DNA of 64,000 nucleotides from a virus (IMGVR_UViG_3300010367_000056:1-64000), one strand, 5' to 3'; shown: positions 20,201 to 29,339, counted from the stretch's first letter. Numbers and translations are program-made. The notes: generated by a model from the sequence alone, not told the origin.

Positions 20201-20854
20201 TTATGCTGCTGCAAGATCTACTTCCTGAGTTGTTATTACTTCTACTGGAGCCGTTAAAACATGTTGAGTATTAATGATCTTCAAAATAACATCTCTCATT
20301 CCTGTTTGAACTCTGAGTTTATCTTGTTGTTGAATAATCTTTCTATTAAGACTATTAATATTATAGTCTCTAGTTCTTACAATACTATTAAGATCTACTT
20401 TTATATATCCATTATAAGTTAAAGCTCTAATTTGATCAACCTCAAGGAATTTTACAAGCTTACCTTTCACAATTTCTTTCACACCTCTCACTAAGGGTTT
20501 AATTGTTATCCTGCAAGCTCCAAAATTACCATTTTTCTGATATTCTGCAAAAAGTTGTTTTGTATTATTTATTTCAGTATTACTACTATAACTCTTTGTT
20601 CTATTATTAAACCTATCAATCTGATCTTTTGTAATAGGTTCTCTATGAATAGATACTACTTGATATATAGTATTGCTACTATTAGGTTTACCAATATAAT
20701 CTCCAATTTTAAACTTAAATAAGTCTGATTCTTCTGGAGTATTTGTAGGATAAGCTGATTTCCTAAGATTAGTTACTTTCAACTTAAATATAGGAGAATC
20801 TGCTGGTTCATTCTGGACATCAAATTCTATCTCAGTCTGCTTCAATTCTGTCAT
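20201..20854 (-). CDS. hypothetical protein
   Basis: ORF in the operon. Confidence 0.45.
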   Translation of the reverse strand: MTELKQTEIEFDVQNEPADSPIFKLKVTNLRKSAYPTNTPEESDLFKFKIGDYIGKPNSSNTIYQVVSIHREPITKDQIDRFNNRTKSYSSNTEINNTKQLFAEYQKNGNFGACRITIKPLVRGVKEIVKGKLVKFLEVDQIRALTYNGYIKVDLNSIVRTRDYNINSLNRKIIQQQDKLRVQTGMRDVILKIINTQHVLTAPVEVITTQEVDLAAA

Positions 20855-21800
20855 ATTGCGATATTGTTTTTAAAAACGATTCCACGTAGCCTGCATTATA
20901 TCTACCCTGAATTTGCTTATAAGCTCTTGTAGCAAATTCTCTAAAGAATCCATCACAAAGAGTTGTACAAACTCTCATCAAAGCCCAATCAAAAGCATCT
21001 TTTGCATTCCATTGTGGCGTATCTGTTTCAAAGATACCTGGTAAAATCTTTCTCTCAAGAGCTATTACATATACTTCTTCAAGTACACAATATATCTGCT
21101 CTCTTACAGGTAGAGTTTTCCATTTTTCATAATCAGTTTCAACTTCAGAATTATCTTTAAGTATTTTCTCATATTGTACTTGTCCTGAATGCATCATGGC
21201 AATTGCTTTATGCATATCATCATGAACATAATATGATTTTACATACTTTTTTGATTTTCCAAAGAATTTTTCTGTATTTTGATTCATTTTAGGAGTTTTT
21301 AACTCTCCTAATCTTTTTACTGTATCTTGCTGAAGAAGTCTAGTTAGTTCTGGGTTTAGATCCAACCTATCTCTTTCCAAGTCTGCCAAATCATCTACTG
21401 AGTAGACACCTTCTTGCTTTCTTATTAAGGATCTTAACAATATATAATCTTGTATATGTTTAGAAAACTTAATAGGATAGTGAATATGAGCTTTCTTTAA
21501 AGAGTATAAAACTCCAAGACTAGCATAATGACTTGTATGCCTATAATCAAGTATCTTCATTAAGCTTTCCTGTTTATCTGCAATAAAGAATTCTCTTGGT
21601 CTAAGATCATCCTCATATTTTATAATATGACTTAATCCTGTAGGACTATGTTGGATATACTCTATTCTATCTTTCTCCATATCAACAATATTCTCAAAAT
21701 ACCTTTCAAGAGCTATAATATCAATATCCTTTGGTTCTCTACCTAAATTAGGATAATGAAAATTTAAAGCTTCTGAGCCAATTATCATGTGATCTGTCAT
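20832..21800 (-). CDS. nucleotidyltransferase-fold protein (pol-beta-like NTase motif), function unknown
   Basis: N-terminal IIGSEALNFHYPNLGREPKDIDII matches the hG[GS]x9-13DxD minimal nucleotidyltransferase signature. A possible HD-like VHDDMHK lies downstream. Confidence 0.4.
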   Translation of the reverse strand: MTDHMIIGSEALNFHYPNLGREPKDIDIIALERYFENIVDMEKDRIEYIQHSPTGLSHIIKYEDDLRPREFFIADKQESLMKILDYRHTSHYASLGVLYSLKKAHIHYPIKFSKHIQDYILLRSLIRKQEGVYSVDDLADLERDRLDLNPELTRLLQQDTVKRLGELKTPKMNQNTEKFFGKSKKYVKSYYVHDDMHKAIAMMHSGQVQYEKILKDNSEVETDYEKWKTLPVREQIYCVLEEVYVIALERKILPGIFETDTPQWNAKDAFDWALMRVCTTLCDGFFREFATRAYKQIQGRYNAGYVESFLKTISQYDRIEAD

Positions 21801-22054
21801 GGTAAATCAACATTTAATTCTTTTGCTTTTTTAATAGTGCATTCACTATAGACTTTTTTATCAGCACAAGTTCTGAAAGTTAAAAATGTAGTTTTCATAC
21901 CTACAGTAACTCTCTTAGTAAAAGAGATTGCTGGTTCACCAACTTTAATATCTTTATCACAGATAGCACATTTATAAGTCTTTCTTCCAGCTCCCACAAA
22001 TTTAACTTCATAATCTCGGTCTTTGACTACTGGCTTTAGATTTATTTTGAACAT
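21797..22054 (-). CDS. hypothetical small protein (MFKINLKP N-terminus; CxxC pair)
   Basis: ORF containing KCAICDK...C..C. Confidence 0.4.
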   Translation of the reverse strand: MFKINLKPVVKDRDYEVKFVGAGRKTYKCAICDKDIKVGEPAISFTKRVTVGMKTTFLTFRTCADKKVYSECTIKKAKELNVDLP

Positions 22055-22058
22055 AAAA

Positions 22059-22877
22059 TTAATATTGAATATGCATATTAATCAATGCTTGTTCCCCATT
22101 ACTTAACTTAGTAATTAAATAGTTCTCAGAAATACCATTTTTAACTTCAGTTACATGAATTTCACATGTTTTATCGTCATAAAATACATGTTTAATATCT
22201 TTTCCTGTCATCTCTTTTAGTTTTTCCTGAGCCATATCAAGAATTTTAAAGAATGGGTCACCTATTCTAGCCATCATTCTCTCAATAAACATTATATCGT
22301 ATATCTTATATACTTCACAAAGCTTTTTGAGATCACTATCATTGAATGTTTTGATATCTGCAAGTCCCATTAACTTCTTCATCTTCAAATATTTGATAAC
22401 ATCTGAAAATAATCTAGTATTGGTACTCATGTATACTGGCATTCCAGGAGATTCAAGATCTTTTATGTCACATCCTTTACATGTAAATAATAAATTATCT
22501 ACTTTTCCTTTATCAAGAGTAAATTCAACATCTAATTCATCAAATTCTCCTCTTATTTTACCAGTAAAATCATTAATATCAAAAGAATGATCCATTATAA
22601 ACTGTAAACCTTGAGTTAAAGCAGATAATGATTGGGGAGATGCAATATAAGTAGCAGTAATATAGTTTATAATCCATGTTTGAATCAAAACTATTGTCTT
22701 ACCACTACCATTTTGACCTACAAATAGAGATAAGTTCTTCATCTCTATCTTCATAGGACTACCTAGAATATCAGATTCTAATATTCTAAGATTACTTAAT
22801 AATTTCTTTTTAGTCTGCATCTTCTTCCTCCTCTTCATCGTAAGACTCTTCATAAGACTCTTCATATGAAGAATCAT
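22059..22877 (-). CDS. P-loop ATPase (ABC/AAA_21-like); the true start is probably internal, near 22820
   Basis: Walker A VGQNGSGKT. The 5' end overlaps the acidic-tailed ORF 22810..23127 in another frame. Confidence 0.45.
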   Translation of the reverse strand: MILHMKSLMKSLTMKRRKKMQTKKKLLSNLRILESDILGSPMKIEMKNLSLFVGQNGSGKTIVLIQTWIINYITATYIASPQSLSALTQGLQFIMDHSFDINDFTGKIRGEFDELDVEFTLDKGKVDNLLFTCKGCDIKDLESPGMPVYMSTNTRLFSDVIKYLKMKKLMGLADIKTFNDSDLKKLCEVYKIYDIMFIERMMARIGDPFFKILDMAQEKLKEMTGKDIKHVFYDDKTCEIHVTEVKNGISENYLITKLSNGEQALINMHIQY

Positions 22878-23127
22878 ACTCTTCCTCTTCTTCCTCTTCC
22901 TGAGGTAAATTCTCAGGTTTTCTATCCATAATAGTTACATAAAACATCTTCTTTTCAGAAGCTATTCTATATAACTCTTTTAGAAGCTTATTCTTTTGGG
23001 TTTCCATGATATCTCCCTTCTCATAAGATTTAAAGATCTCATTTCTAATTTCAGATAAATAATCTGAATTAGGACTAACATTTTTCTCAAAATATTTAAG
23101 TGCTTCTTTAAGTTCTTCTCTTGTCAT
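22810..23127 (-). CDS. hypothetical protein with poly-Glu/Tyr/Ser acidic C-terminal tail
   Basis: The ORF ends in EEEEEEEYDSSYEESYEESYDEEEEEDAD. Confidence 0.4.
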   Translation of the reverse strand: MTREELKEALKYFEKNVSPNSDYLSEIRNEIFKSYEKGDIMETQKNKLLKELYRIASEKKMFYVTIMDRKPENLPQEEEEEEEYDSSYEESYEESYDEEEEEDAD

Positions 23128-23147
23128 TGAGTTTATTTTTAGTTTTA

Positions 23148-23185
23148 ATATGAAAAAATAACCCCTAGAGTAAAAACTCCAGGGG
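23148..23185 (-). terminator. intrinsic terminator downstream of the SPFH gene (minus strand)
   Basis: Minus-sense RNA folds CCCCUGGAG-uuuuua-CUCUAGGGG (9 bp including 1 G-U pair), followed by UUAUUUUUUCAU. Confidence 0.55.
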
Positions 23186-23219
23186 ATGTGACGGAAGTAT
23201 TACTTGTCTTTAATCACTA

Positions 23220-24059
23220 TTACTTGTTATTTAACTGAATCATTGGCATTGTACCACTACCAAACATATATTGAGGTAAATGACCATCCCATCTTTCAGC
23301 TTTGATTTTCTCAACAAACTGAGGAGAATTTTTCAAAGCCTCATTTACAACTTCAATACCTCTAGCTTCTGATTGCTTATTAATCATATTAACAGCAGAA
23401 TCTTTCTTAGCATTAGTAATATCAATCTGTGATTGAGCCTGAGCTACAGCAACACCAGCTAAAGCGGCTTGTGCTTCTTGCACAGCTCTTGCTTTAGATG
23501 CAATTGCAGCCTTTAAAGTTTCATCAGGTACAAGATTTGCAGTAAACTGAGTAATCTGGAAATAAGGTTGTAATTCTGATTGTAATTTAGCTAAAATAGC
23601 AGCATCATAACCAGCTTGATTATTTAATATACTATCAGGTGAAAATGTATTAGTAACTTCTCTAATAGCTGTAAGCATAGAAGTTCTAATAAATCCTTCT
23701 TCCAAAGAGGATAAACCCAATCTATATCTGGAAAACATACTACCTACTTCTCCAGCAGCTAGATTGTAATTGAATGTAGGATGTACAGTAAAGACAATTC
23801 CTCCTTTCGCAGGAACATTGTAAGGATCATACTCCTTATGTTGTTGGAAAGTAGGAAACTCATACACTTTCTGAGCTAATCTCCAATAAAAGCACCAACC
23901 AGTCACATACTCAGTTTTTGCAATACCTTGATTACCACCAGTCATGTTGACTTTAATACCTACATTACCAGCATCAATTCTCTCTATACCTACTAACATA
24001 GAGAATACAATAAATAATACTCCAATTACTGCTAAACGCAGTTTTGTTTTGTTGCTCAT
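23220..24059 (-). CDS. SPFH/band-7 (stomatin/prohibitin-like) membrane protein
   Basis: N-terminal TM helix (LRLAVIGVLFIVFSMLVGI) followed by an SPFH-like core, then a coiled-coil Ala/Gln-rich C-terminus. Confidence 0.7.
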   Translation of the reverse strand: MSNKTKLRLAVIGVLFIVFSMLVGIERIDAGNVGIKVNMTGGNQGIAKTEYVTGWCFYWRLAQKVYEFPTFQQHKEYDPYNVPAKGGIVFTVHPTFNYNLAAGEVGSMFSRYRLGLSSLEEGFIRTSMLTAIREVTNTFSPDSILNNQAGYDAAILAKLQSELQPYFQITQFTANLVPDETLKAAIASKARAVQEAQAALAGVAVAQAQSQIDITNAKKDSAVNMINKQSEARGIEVVNEALKNSPQFVEKIKAERWDGHLPQYMFGSGTMPMIQLNNK

Positions 24060-24078
24060 TTGAATTTATAATTAAAAA

Positions 24079-24423
24079 TTAACGAATGACTTTTTTAACA
24101 AGACCTCTTAAAATTTCCCACTCTAATGGACTTGGTTCAAATCTTAATTCACTTGTATCTTTCATTTTTTCAAAATCGTCAAATCTGTAAGAAATTTCCT
24201 GACCATCAGGGAGCACTAATACACTATTATATGGTCTCATCTTAAGATTTGTTTTATCTATCAACTGAGCTATCACAAGTTGACATTCTTGTGAAATGAA
24301 TTTTTGATCTACTTTCTGTCCATCTATTATTTTAGCAATAAACAGTTCTTTTTGATATTTCTCATACCAAACAATAAAAGTAGCAATAATTAGGACTAAT
24401 GTAAGGATTATTAAAGTTGGCAT
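24079..24423 (-). CDS. small membrane protein, possible NfeD-like partner of the SPFH protein
   Basis: N-terminal TM (MPTLIILTLVLIIATFIVW) plus a small beta-rich C-terminal domain. Sits immediately upstream of the SPFH gene in the same operon. Confidence 0.35.
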   Translation of the reverse strand: MPTLIILTLVLIIATFIVWYEKYQKELFIAKIIDGQKVDQKFISQECQLVIAQLIDKTNLKMRPYNSVLVLPDGQEISYRFDDFEKMKDTSELRFEPSPLEWEILRGLVKKVIR

Positions 24424-24428
24424 TAGGT

Positions 24429-24677
24429 TTAACTGTTAATGAATGATTGAATTTTGCTAGAAAGACTTGCATTCTTAGCAGCAACTCCTTCTAAATGAGC
24501 TACCTCATCAAGAATTTTTTGAGCTTCTTCTTTTTTACTGCCAACATGAGCTACAATCTCATTGTTTACAGATTCCAAATCTCTCATAGTATTAGTAAAA
24601 ATACTAAAGATGTCATCACTCTTCTTTGTAAGAGAGTCTTTTGTGCTTAGCACAGGCTTTCTTGTAATAATTGCCAT
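24429..24677 (-). CDS. hypothetical small protein
   Basis: ORF in the operon. Confidence 0.4.
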   Translation of the reverse strand: MAIITRKPVLSTKDSLTKKSDDIFSIFTNTMRDLESVNNEIVAHVGSKKEEAQKILDEVAHLEGVAAKNASLSSKIQSFINS

Positions 24678-24885
24678 TGTTTGTTTTATTTTGATTTTTT
24701 ATACAATACAATTGATTTTCTAATTCCATAATCAAATGGATCATTATACCACAGAACTCTTTCATCTGTCTCATAATTCCAATCGAGTTTTGGATTCATT
24801 GCTATTAGCGCATAGAGAAAACATGCTAATAGAAACAAAGTTATCAATGTTCCAGCCATACATAATATTTATTAGGTTATCGAAT

Positions 24886-24927
24886 AATGTAAAAATAAAG
24901 AACCCCAGTATTCACCTACTGGGGTTC
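24886..24927 (-). terminator. intrinsic terminator (minus strand) downstream of the tRNA/tmRNA island
   Basis: Perfect 10-bp stem GAACCCCAGT / ACTGGGGTTC with an 8-nt loop, followed on the minus strand by UUUAUUUUUAC. Confidence 0.6.
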
Positions 24928-25110
24928 TATTAGGTCACTTGATTTAGTGACTCCACCACCAATTTAATTTTTGAGTAAATTGGAACTCTAAGACTATCCC
25001 TATGGCCTACAGATTACTCACAACAGCCATACTTTCGGGGCATGGTTCCCTGCACGAAACCAGAGAGTTTTAAGGTATTTACCAAATACTGAGAATGTCT
25101 TGGGTATAAG

Positions 25111-25193
25111 TGGGGGCCAGAGGAGTCGAACCTCCACACTTTACAGCAATAGGCTCATACGCCTACCGTGGCTACCAATTTCACCAAACCCCC
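25111..25193 (-). tRNA. tRNA gene with long variable region and non-canonical anticodon loop (isotype unresolved)
   Basis: Acceptor GGGGGTT/GGCCCCC and T-arm GGAGG-TTCGACT-CCTCT. The anticodon stem TAGGC/GCCTA encloses only 6 nt (GTATGA). The alternative 4-bp stem leaves 8 nt (CGTATGAG). No 7-nt loop can be drawn. Confidence 0.55.
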
Positions 25194-25632
25194 TAAAAAT
25201 TTTACCATTGTTTGAGAGAAATTAGATATCTCTGCCAGCACGGCAGCCTTCTCTAATCTCTCTCCAGGTGAGGGCGCAACACCTGTCTTGCAAGAATTTA
25301 AGTTACAAACATTCCGCTTACAACTACAGAAGTCTCAAGTTTACTTTCAAAATACTCAATGATCTCTTTAGCAAGTTCAATGCCATATTCATGTCCATGA
25401 TATGAAAATGACTTCTGATCTCTCAAAACTGTTGAGTAATAGTACTTTTTAAAGTTTTCTAATAGTTCTTTTGTAAAAATAAGATCTATCATATAATAAA
25501 TTAAAAGGATGGGAGATTATTGTAAGCATTTTTGGTTTTAAAGACCAAAGCCTAGATTTCAGGTTCCATTCCTGTGGGCGTTAGATGCTCTCCAACATCA
25601 AACGCTTTATCTTACAATATTATCATTCCTAG

Positions 25633-26056
25633 TGGAGCTGAGGGGACTCGAACCCCTGTCCAAACAATCTAAAAGAATCATAGTTATCTTATATGCTTAT
25701 CTAGTAATTCCCTACTAGAAGGTAGCACCTTTCATTTACTTGCAAGATGTTGAAAAGCCTAGCCCCACTGAAGGGATTCAAACAGCTTAAACTGCAAAGC
25801 AAGAGTATAGTTTAACTATTTCGGTGAACTATACCAGAAAGTCCCTATCTCTTTTTACCATGAGATGGTGGGTGATTAAGCCAGAGCAAGCTCAGTCTCA
25901 AACAGTTGAGCTAAAGTAGCATCAACATCTTCACCTACAGTTATAGAAGAAACTTCTACATTTATTTTTGATTCACATTCATTAAGGCTCTATAGAATCA
26001 TTGAGCCTGCATACCTATAATCCTCATAATTTGCTGTCAAAACCAAAAACAGCCCC
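25633..26056 (-). ncRNA. ssrA: candidate tmRNA (SsrA-like), about 424 nt
   Basis: Minus-sense 5' end GGGGCTGTTTTTGGTTTTGACAGC (compare E. coli GGGGCUGAUUCUGGAUUCGAC). The 3' end GGACAGGGGTTCGAGTCCCCTCAGCTCCA (compare GGACGCGGGUUCAACUCCCGCCAGCUCCACCA) forms a 7-bp acceptor with the 5' end. An internal tag frame reads ...ATLAQLFETELALA followed by TAA, at about 25876-25935. Confidence 0.55.
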
Positions 26057-26062
26057 ATTATT

Positions 26063-26314
26063 TTAAAGTTTTAATTTTAACTTTTTAGTTTTTCTTACAA
26101 AAGGAATGAAATGCATTCCAGGTCTCCAGTACCAAGTATTGATATGATCGTTATAATCATCATATTCAAAGTATACATATAATCCTTGAACATCAAGACA
26201 TAACTCATTAACTTTACGAGTTTGACCTATAAATTCATTCATTCCATCATTCCAATTCTTTTCTCCTTTAATTATAGTTACAACATCACCAATTTTCACT
26301 TCAAAGCTCACCAT
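26063..26314 (-). CDS. hypothetical small protein
   Basis: ORF. Confidence 0.4.
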   Translation of the reverse strand: MVSFEVKIGDVVTIIKGEKNWNDGMNEFIGQTRKVNELCLDVQGLYVYFEYDDYNDHINTWYWRPGMHFIPFVRKTKKLKLKL

Positions 26315-26316
26315 AA

Positions 26317-26553
26317 CTATGAATTTACAATTAATCTACCAATTTGAACATGTCTTTGGTGTATAAGATTCTCAGTATCAAGCTTACATTGTTTAAAACC
26401 CTTCTTCATCATTGTAAATTGCATAATTGACAAATTAGGATAATCCTCTATTTTATCATTTTTAAGATGATCCTCTACTACCCTTAATCTTTGTTTAAGT
26501 AAAGATATTTCTATCTTATATTTATCAATAATTTGTTCATTTGTAGGTTTCAT
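26317..26553 (-). CDS. hypothetical small protein
   Basis: ORF. Confidence 0.4.
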   Translation of the reverse strand: MKPTNEQIIDKYKIEISLLKQRLRVVEDHLKNDKIEDYPNLSIMQFTMMKKGFKQCKLDTENLIHQRHVQIGRLIVNS

Positions 26554-26736
26554 AGCTTAAATTTTAATCTCTCCAACTGAAGGGAATTCCTACCCTTTTA
26601 CTTGCCTGCTGAACTTATCCGAGTTTCTATACCCATTTATCATTGTTAGACCCAGGGTTACCTGATAAATAAAGTATATACAAGGGTACAGGCTTATCCC
26701 TTCATGGTAGAGATTTTCAAGATTTTATTGATCCAA

Positions 26737-27084
26737 TTATAAACATCCTGGATCATTAATAGGACACAAATTTACAACTTCTTTAGTTTTCTTTATTACT
26801 TTTCTAGCCCTTTTTTCTGCTTGAGCATCTAATGATTTATCAATTTCTTCTAAAAGAATCTCTTCTGCAAGATCTTTACTTTTAAATTCATGAGCTTCAT
26901 AGAATGAACTCTTAGATTGTAACATAAAGCTAGGTGGATTATCATGTACTTTTACTACATTTTCCACAAAATAATAAGGTATAACCCAAAAGAAGATACC
27001 TCTGTATTTTACATGAGCTGTATAGAATTTTCGTCCATCAACTCTTTCATTAGTTTCAACCCAGGCTTTAACAATTTTTGCCAT
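26737..27084 (-). CDS. hypothetical protein
   Basis: ORF. Confidence 0.4.
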   Translation of the reverse strand: MAKIVKAWVETNERVDGRKFYTAHVKYRGIFFWVIPYYFVENVVKVHDNPPSFMLQSKSSFYEAHEFKSKDLAEEILLEEIDKSLDAQAEKRARKVIKKTKEVVNLCPINDPGCL

Positions 27085-27086
27085 TA

Positions 27087-27386
27087 TTAGGACTTTTTGG
27101 GTTTTTGGTAATGCTTTTTCTTCTCTTTAGGAGTATTACCAGAGCCAGTACTATCAGGAATTCCACCAGTGTGTTCAATCTCATATTGAAGTTTTTTCCT
27201 TTCCTTAATAGCTCCCTTACCATCTCCATATATGAGATCCAGTTTTAGAAGTTTTTGCTTAGGAGATAACTTCTTAAAACCTTCCTGTCTTTCGAGTGCT
27301 TCTTCTCTTTTTTCAGCTTTAGTCTTCATTGTATCAGATTTTGTAATTAAAGAACCATATCCATAGAAGGTTTTGATGTACTCCAC
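27087..27386 (-). CDS. hypothetical basic protein
   Basis: ORF. Overlaps the upstream gene end by about 40 nt. Confidence 0.35.
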   Translation of the reverse strand: MEYIKTFYGYGSLITKSDTMKTKAEKREEALERQEGFKKLSPKQKLLKLDLIYGDGKGAIKERKKLQYEIEHTGGIPDSTGSGNTPKEKKKHYQKPKKS

Positions 27387-28471
27387 TTATTCTTAGTAAG
27401 TTTATACATAACTTTCTTCTTAGATTTAATGTTTTCATCGTCATCGTACTCATAAACCAGTTCCTCATATATAATCTTATCTCCATCATTATATTTAAGC
27501 TCAGCATGATAGTTAACATTTGGAATATAATGACTTATATGATCAATCTCATGAGGAAGAGGTTTGTTAAGTTCAACTTCTTCTTGATATTCCCACTTAT
27601 TCTCAATCATAACATATTTGTTATATGATTGTTTTCTCTCATGGAAATTAAATATATCCTTAAAAGTAGAATATGGCTTTCTATGTACATTGATCTCATC
27701 AATAATTGATGTTAAGATGTCAATTGTGCAATCAGGAATATGAAGATTATCTTCAAGATCCTTAGCAAATTTCTTATTCTTAAGTTTATCTGCTACAATA
27801 GCATGAAATACTTCAGGATTCATGAAATTATATTTCTTATAATATCTGATCCTTGAAGGTCTATCAAGAAGTTTGTCACTCACATCATCATTACAAGTCA
27901 AAATAGTTAATCTCTTATGCTTAGGAGTGAATGTACCATCAAGCAAGCTTAAAAAGCTACTTTGAGTATGAAACTTATTCTCAGCATCATTAGCTACAGG
28001 AGCTGGAAATAATTTCTCAAACTCATCTACAAATAGACAATAATCTTGTTTAATTTGTTGAAGATAACTAGAGAAGTCTGCAATTTTTGGAATAACTCCA
28101 TTAATACAAACAATTGGTAATCTACTCTCAATTGCTAATTGTTTAGCAGTTACTGATTTACCTTGACCTTTATAACCAATAAGACCAACACCAATATTCA
28201 TATTAGCTTGGCTAAGTCTTAGTGTAGTAAGAACTTGATTTCTAAACTCTTGGTCAAAATCATAGATTCTAGGTGGAAGTGTAAGAGCTTGTCCTTTTGT
28301 CATCCACATTTCACCATATACATGATCTACATTAAAATTATAAACCTGACCTGGTTGTAGCTCTTCTGTAATTATCACAGCATCAGGATAGAAATTCATT
28401 CTACCCATTGATTCAATAATAGTCATCTTACCTGGTTTGGTAATATGATGTTTAGCTAACGGTTGTGACAT
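27347..28471 (-). CDS. AAA+ ATPase
   Basis: Walker A GLIGYKGQGKSVTAK and Walker B LFVDEFEKL. Confidence 0.55.
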   Translation of the reverse strand: MSQPLAKHHITKPGKMTIIESMGRMNFYPDAVIITEELQPGQVYNFNVDHVYGEMWMTKGQALTLPPRIYDFDQEFRNQVLTTLRLSQANMNIGVGLIGYKGQGKSVTAKQLAIESRLPIVCINGVIPKIADFSSYLQQIKQDYCLFVDEFEKLFPAPVANDAENKFHTQSSFLSLLDGTFTPKHKRLTILTCNDDVSDKLLDRPSRIRYYKKYNFMNPEVFHAIVADKLKNKKFAKDLEDNLHIPDCTIDILTSIIDEINVHRKPYSTFKDIFNFHERKQSYNKYVMIENKWEYQEEVELNKPLPHEIDHISHYIPNVNYHAELKYNDGDKIIYEELVYEYDDDENIKSKKKVMYKLTKNKWSTSKPSMDMVL

Positions 28472-28479
28472 AATAATTA

Positions 28480-29007
28480 TTACGGATTTTGAAGTTTTGT
28501 TTTTTGTGCTAATGCAATCTTTATAATAGGATTTGCTTTTGCAACATTATGTTGGTTAGTAGCTTGAGCTAATGAAGACATCATTCCTTGTAAATTCTCA
28601 GGAACCATTGGTGTTCTCTCATTAGCATAATAAGTTGGCATTTCTTGATCACCTTCCACAATTTTATAGCCATCAGCAAGATACCATTCTAATCTTTTAA
28701 GAAAGTTCTTTTGAGCATCATGATCTGTGTTGTAAATGAGTGGAGTAGTAGCCTCTACAATATGTTTATCATCTTTGATAAATCCTTTGTAGAATTTAAT
28801 GACTGACTCTTTTTTAAGTCCCTTACTGACCATATTACCCTCAGCATCAAACTCATCTGGAGTCTCCTCTCTTACCCATAATCTCTGCATATGAACAAAA
28901 GATGGCATATCTCCAACCTCTAATCTTTGCAGCATTAACCACTCTGTGGTATTATCTGTTACATCAAAATCCCCAACCTTTTTTGATGCTTTTTTAAGTC
29001 TAAACAT
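28480..29007 (-). CDS. hypothetical protein
   Basis: ORF. Confidence 0.45.
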   Translation of the reverse strand: MFRLKKASKKVGDFDVTDNTTEWLMLQRLEVGDMPSFVHMQRLWVREETPDEFDAEGNMVSKGLKKESVIKFYKGFIKDDKHIVEATTPLIYNTDHDAQKNFLKRLEWYLADGYKIVEGDQEMPTYYANERTPMVPENLQGMMSSLAQATNQHNVAKANPIIKIALAQKTKLQNP

Positions 29008-29018
29008 AGTTTTGAATT

Positions 29019-29339
29019 TTAAAATTTAGTATCATTTGTAGGTTCTGTCACCCTAACATAATCCTTTTCGAGTTTTTGTTTTACCTTCTTAGCTAAATGC
29101 TTCTCAGCATCTTCAAAATATTTAAATTTATGATGAATCTTAGTACCTTCAGTACCTATTCTACCAAAGTGAAACTCAACTAAATAAGGAAAATCACTCA
29201 TCTTATCAGGATTATCTTTTATATACATATAATAATACTTATAATGAGTACTAGTTTTACATTCAAGATAAGTACCTGTAGTTGAGAATCTAGCTTCTAT
29301 TTTCTTTAACTTAATTCCCAAACTAAATGGTTTTTCCAT
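29019..29339 (-). CDS. WGR-domain-like small protein
   Basis: FHFGRIGTEGTK...KFKYFEDAEKHLAKKVKQKLEKDY resembles the WGR motif and its fold context. Confidence 0.35.
   Translation of the reverse strand: MEKPFSLGIKLKKIEARFSTTGTYLECKTSTHYKYYYMYIKDNPDKMSDFPYLVEFHFGRIGTEGTKIHHKFKYFEDAEKHLAKKVKQKLEKDYVRVTEPTNDTKF

Noticed and set aside
25298-25492. 64-aa ORF between the odd tRNA and the tmRNA candidate
   Set aside because: It sits in the 3' flank of the tmRNA candidate with no recognisable ribosome-binding context, so I did not call it. It could still be a genuine small gene.
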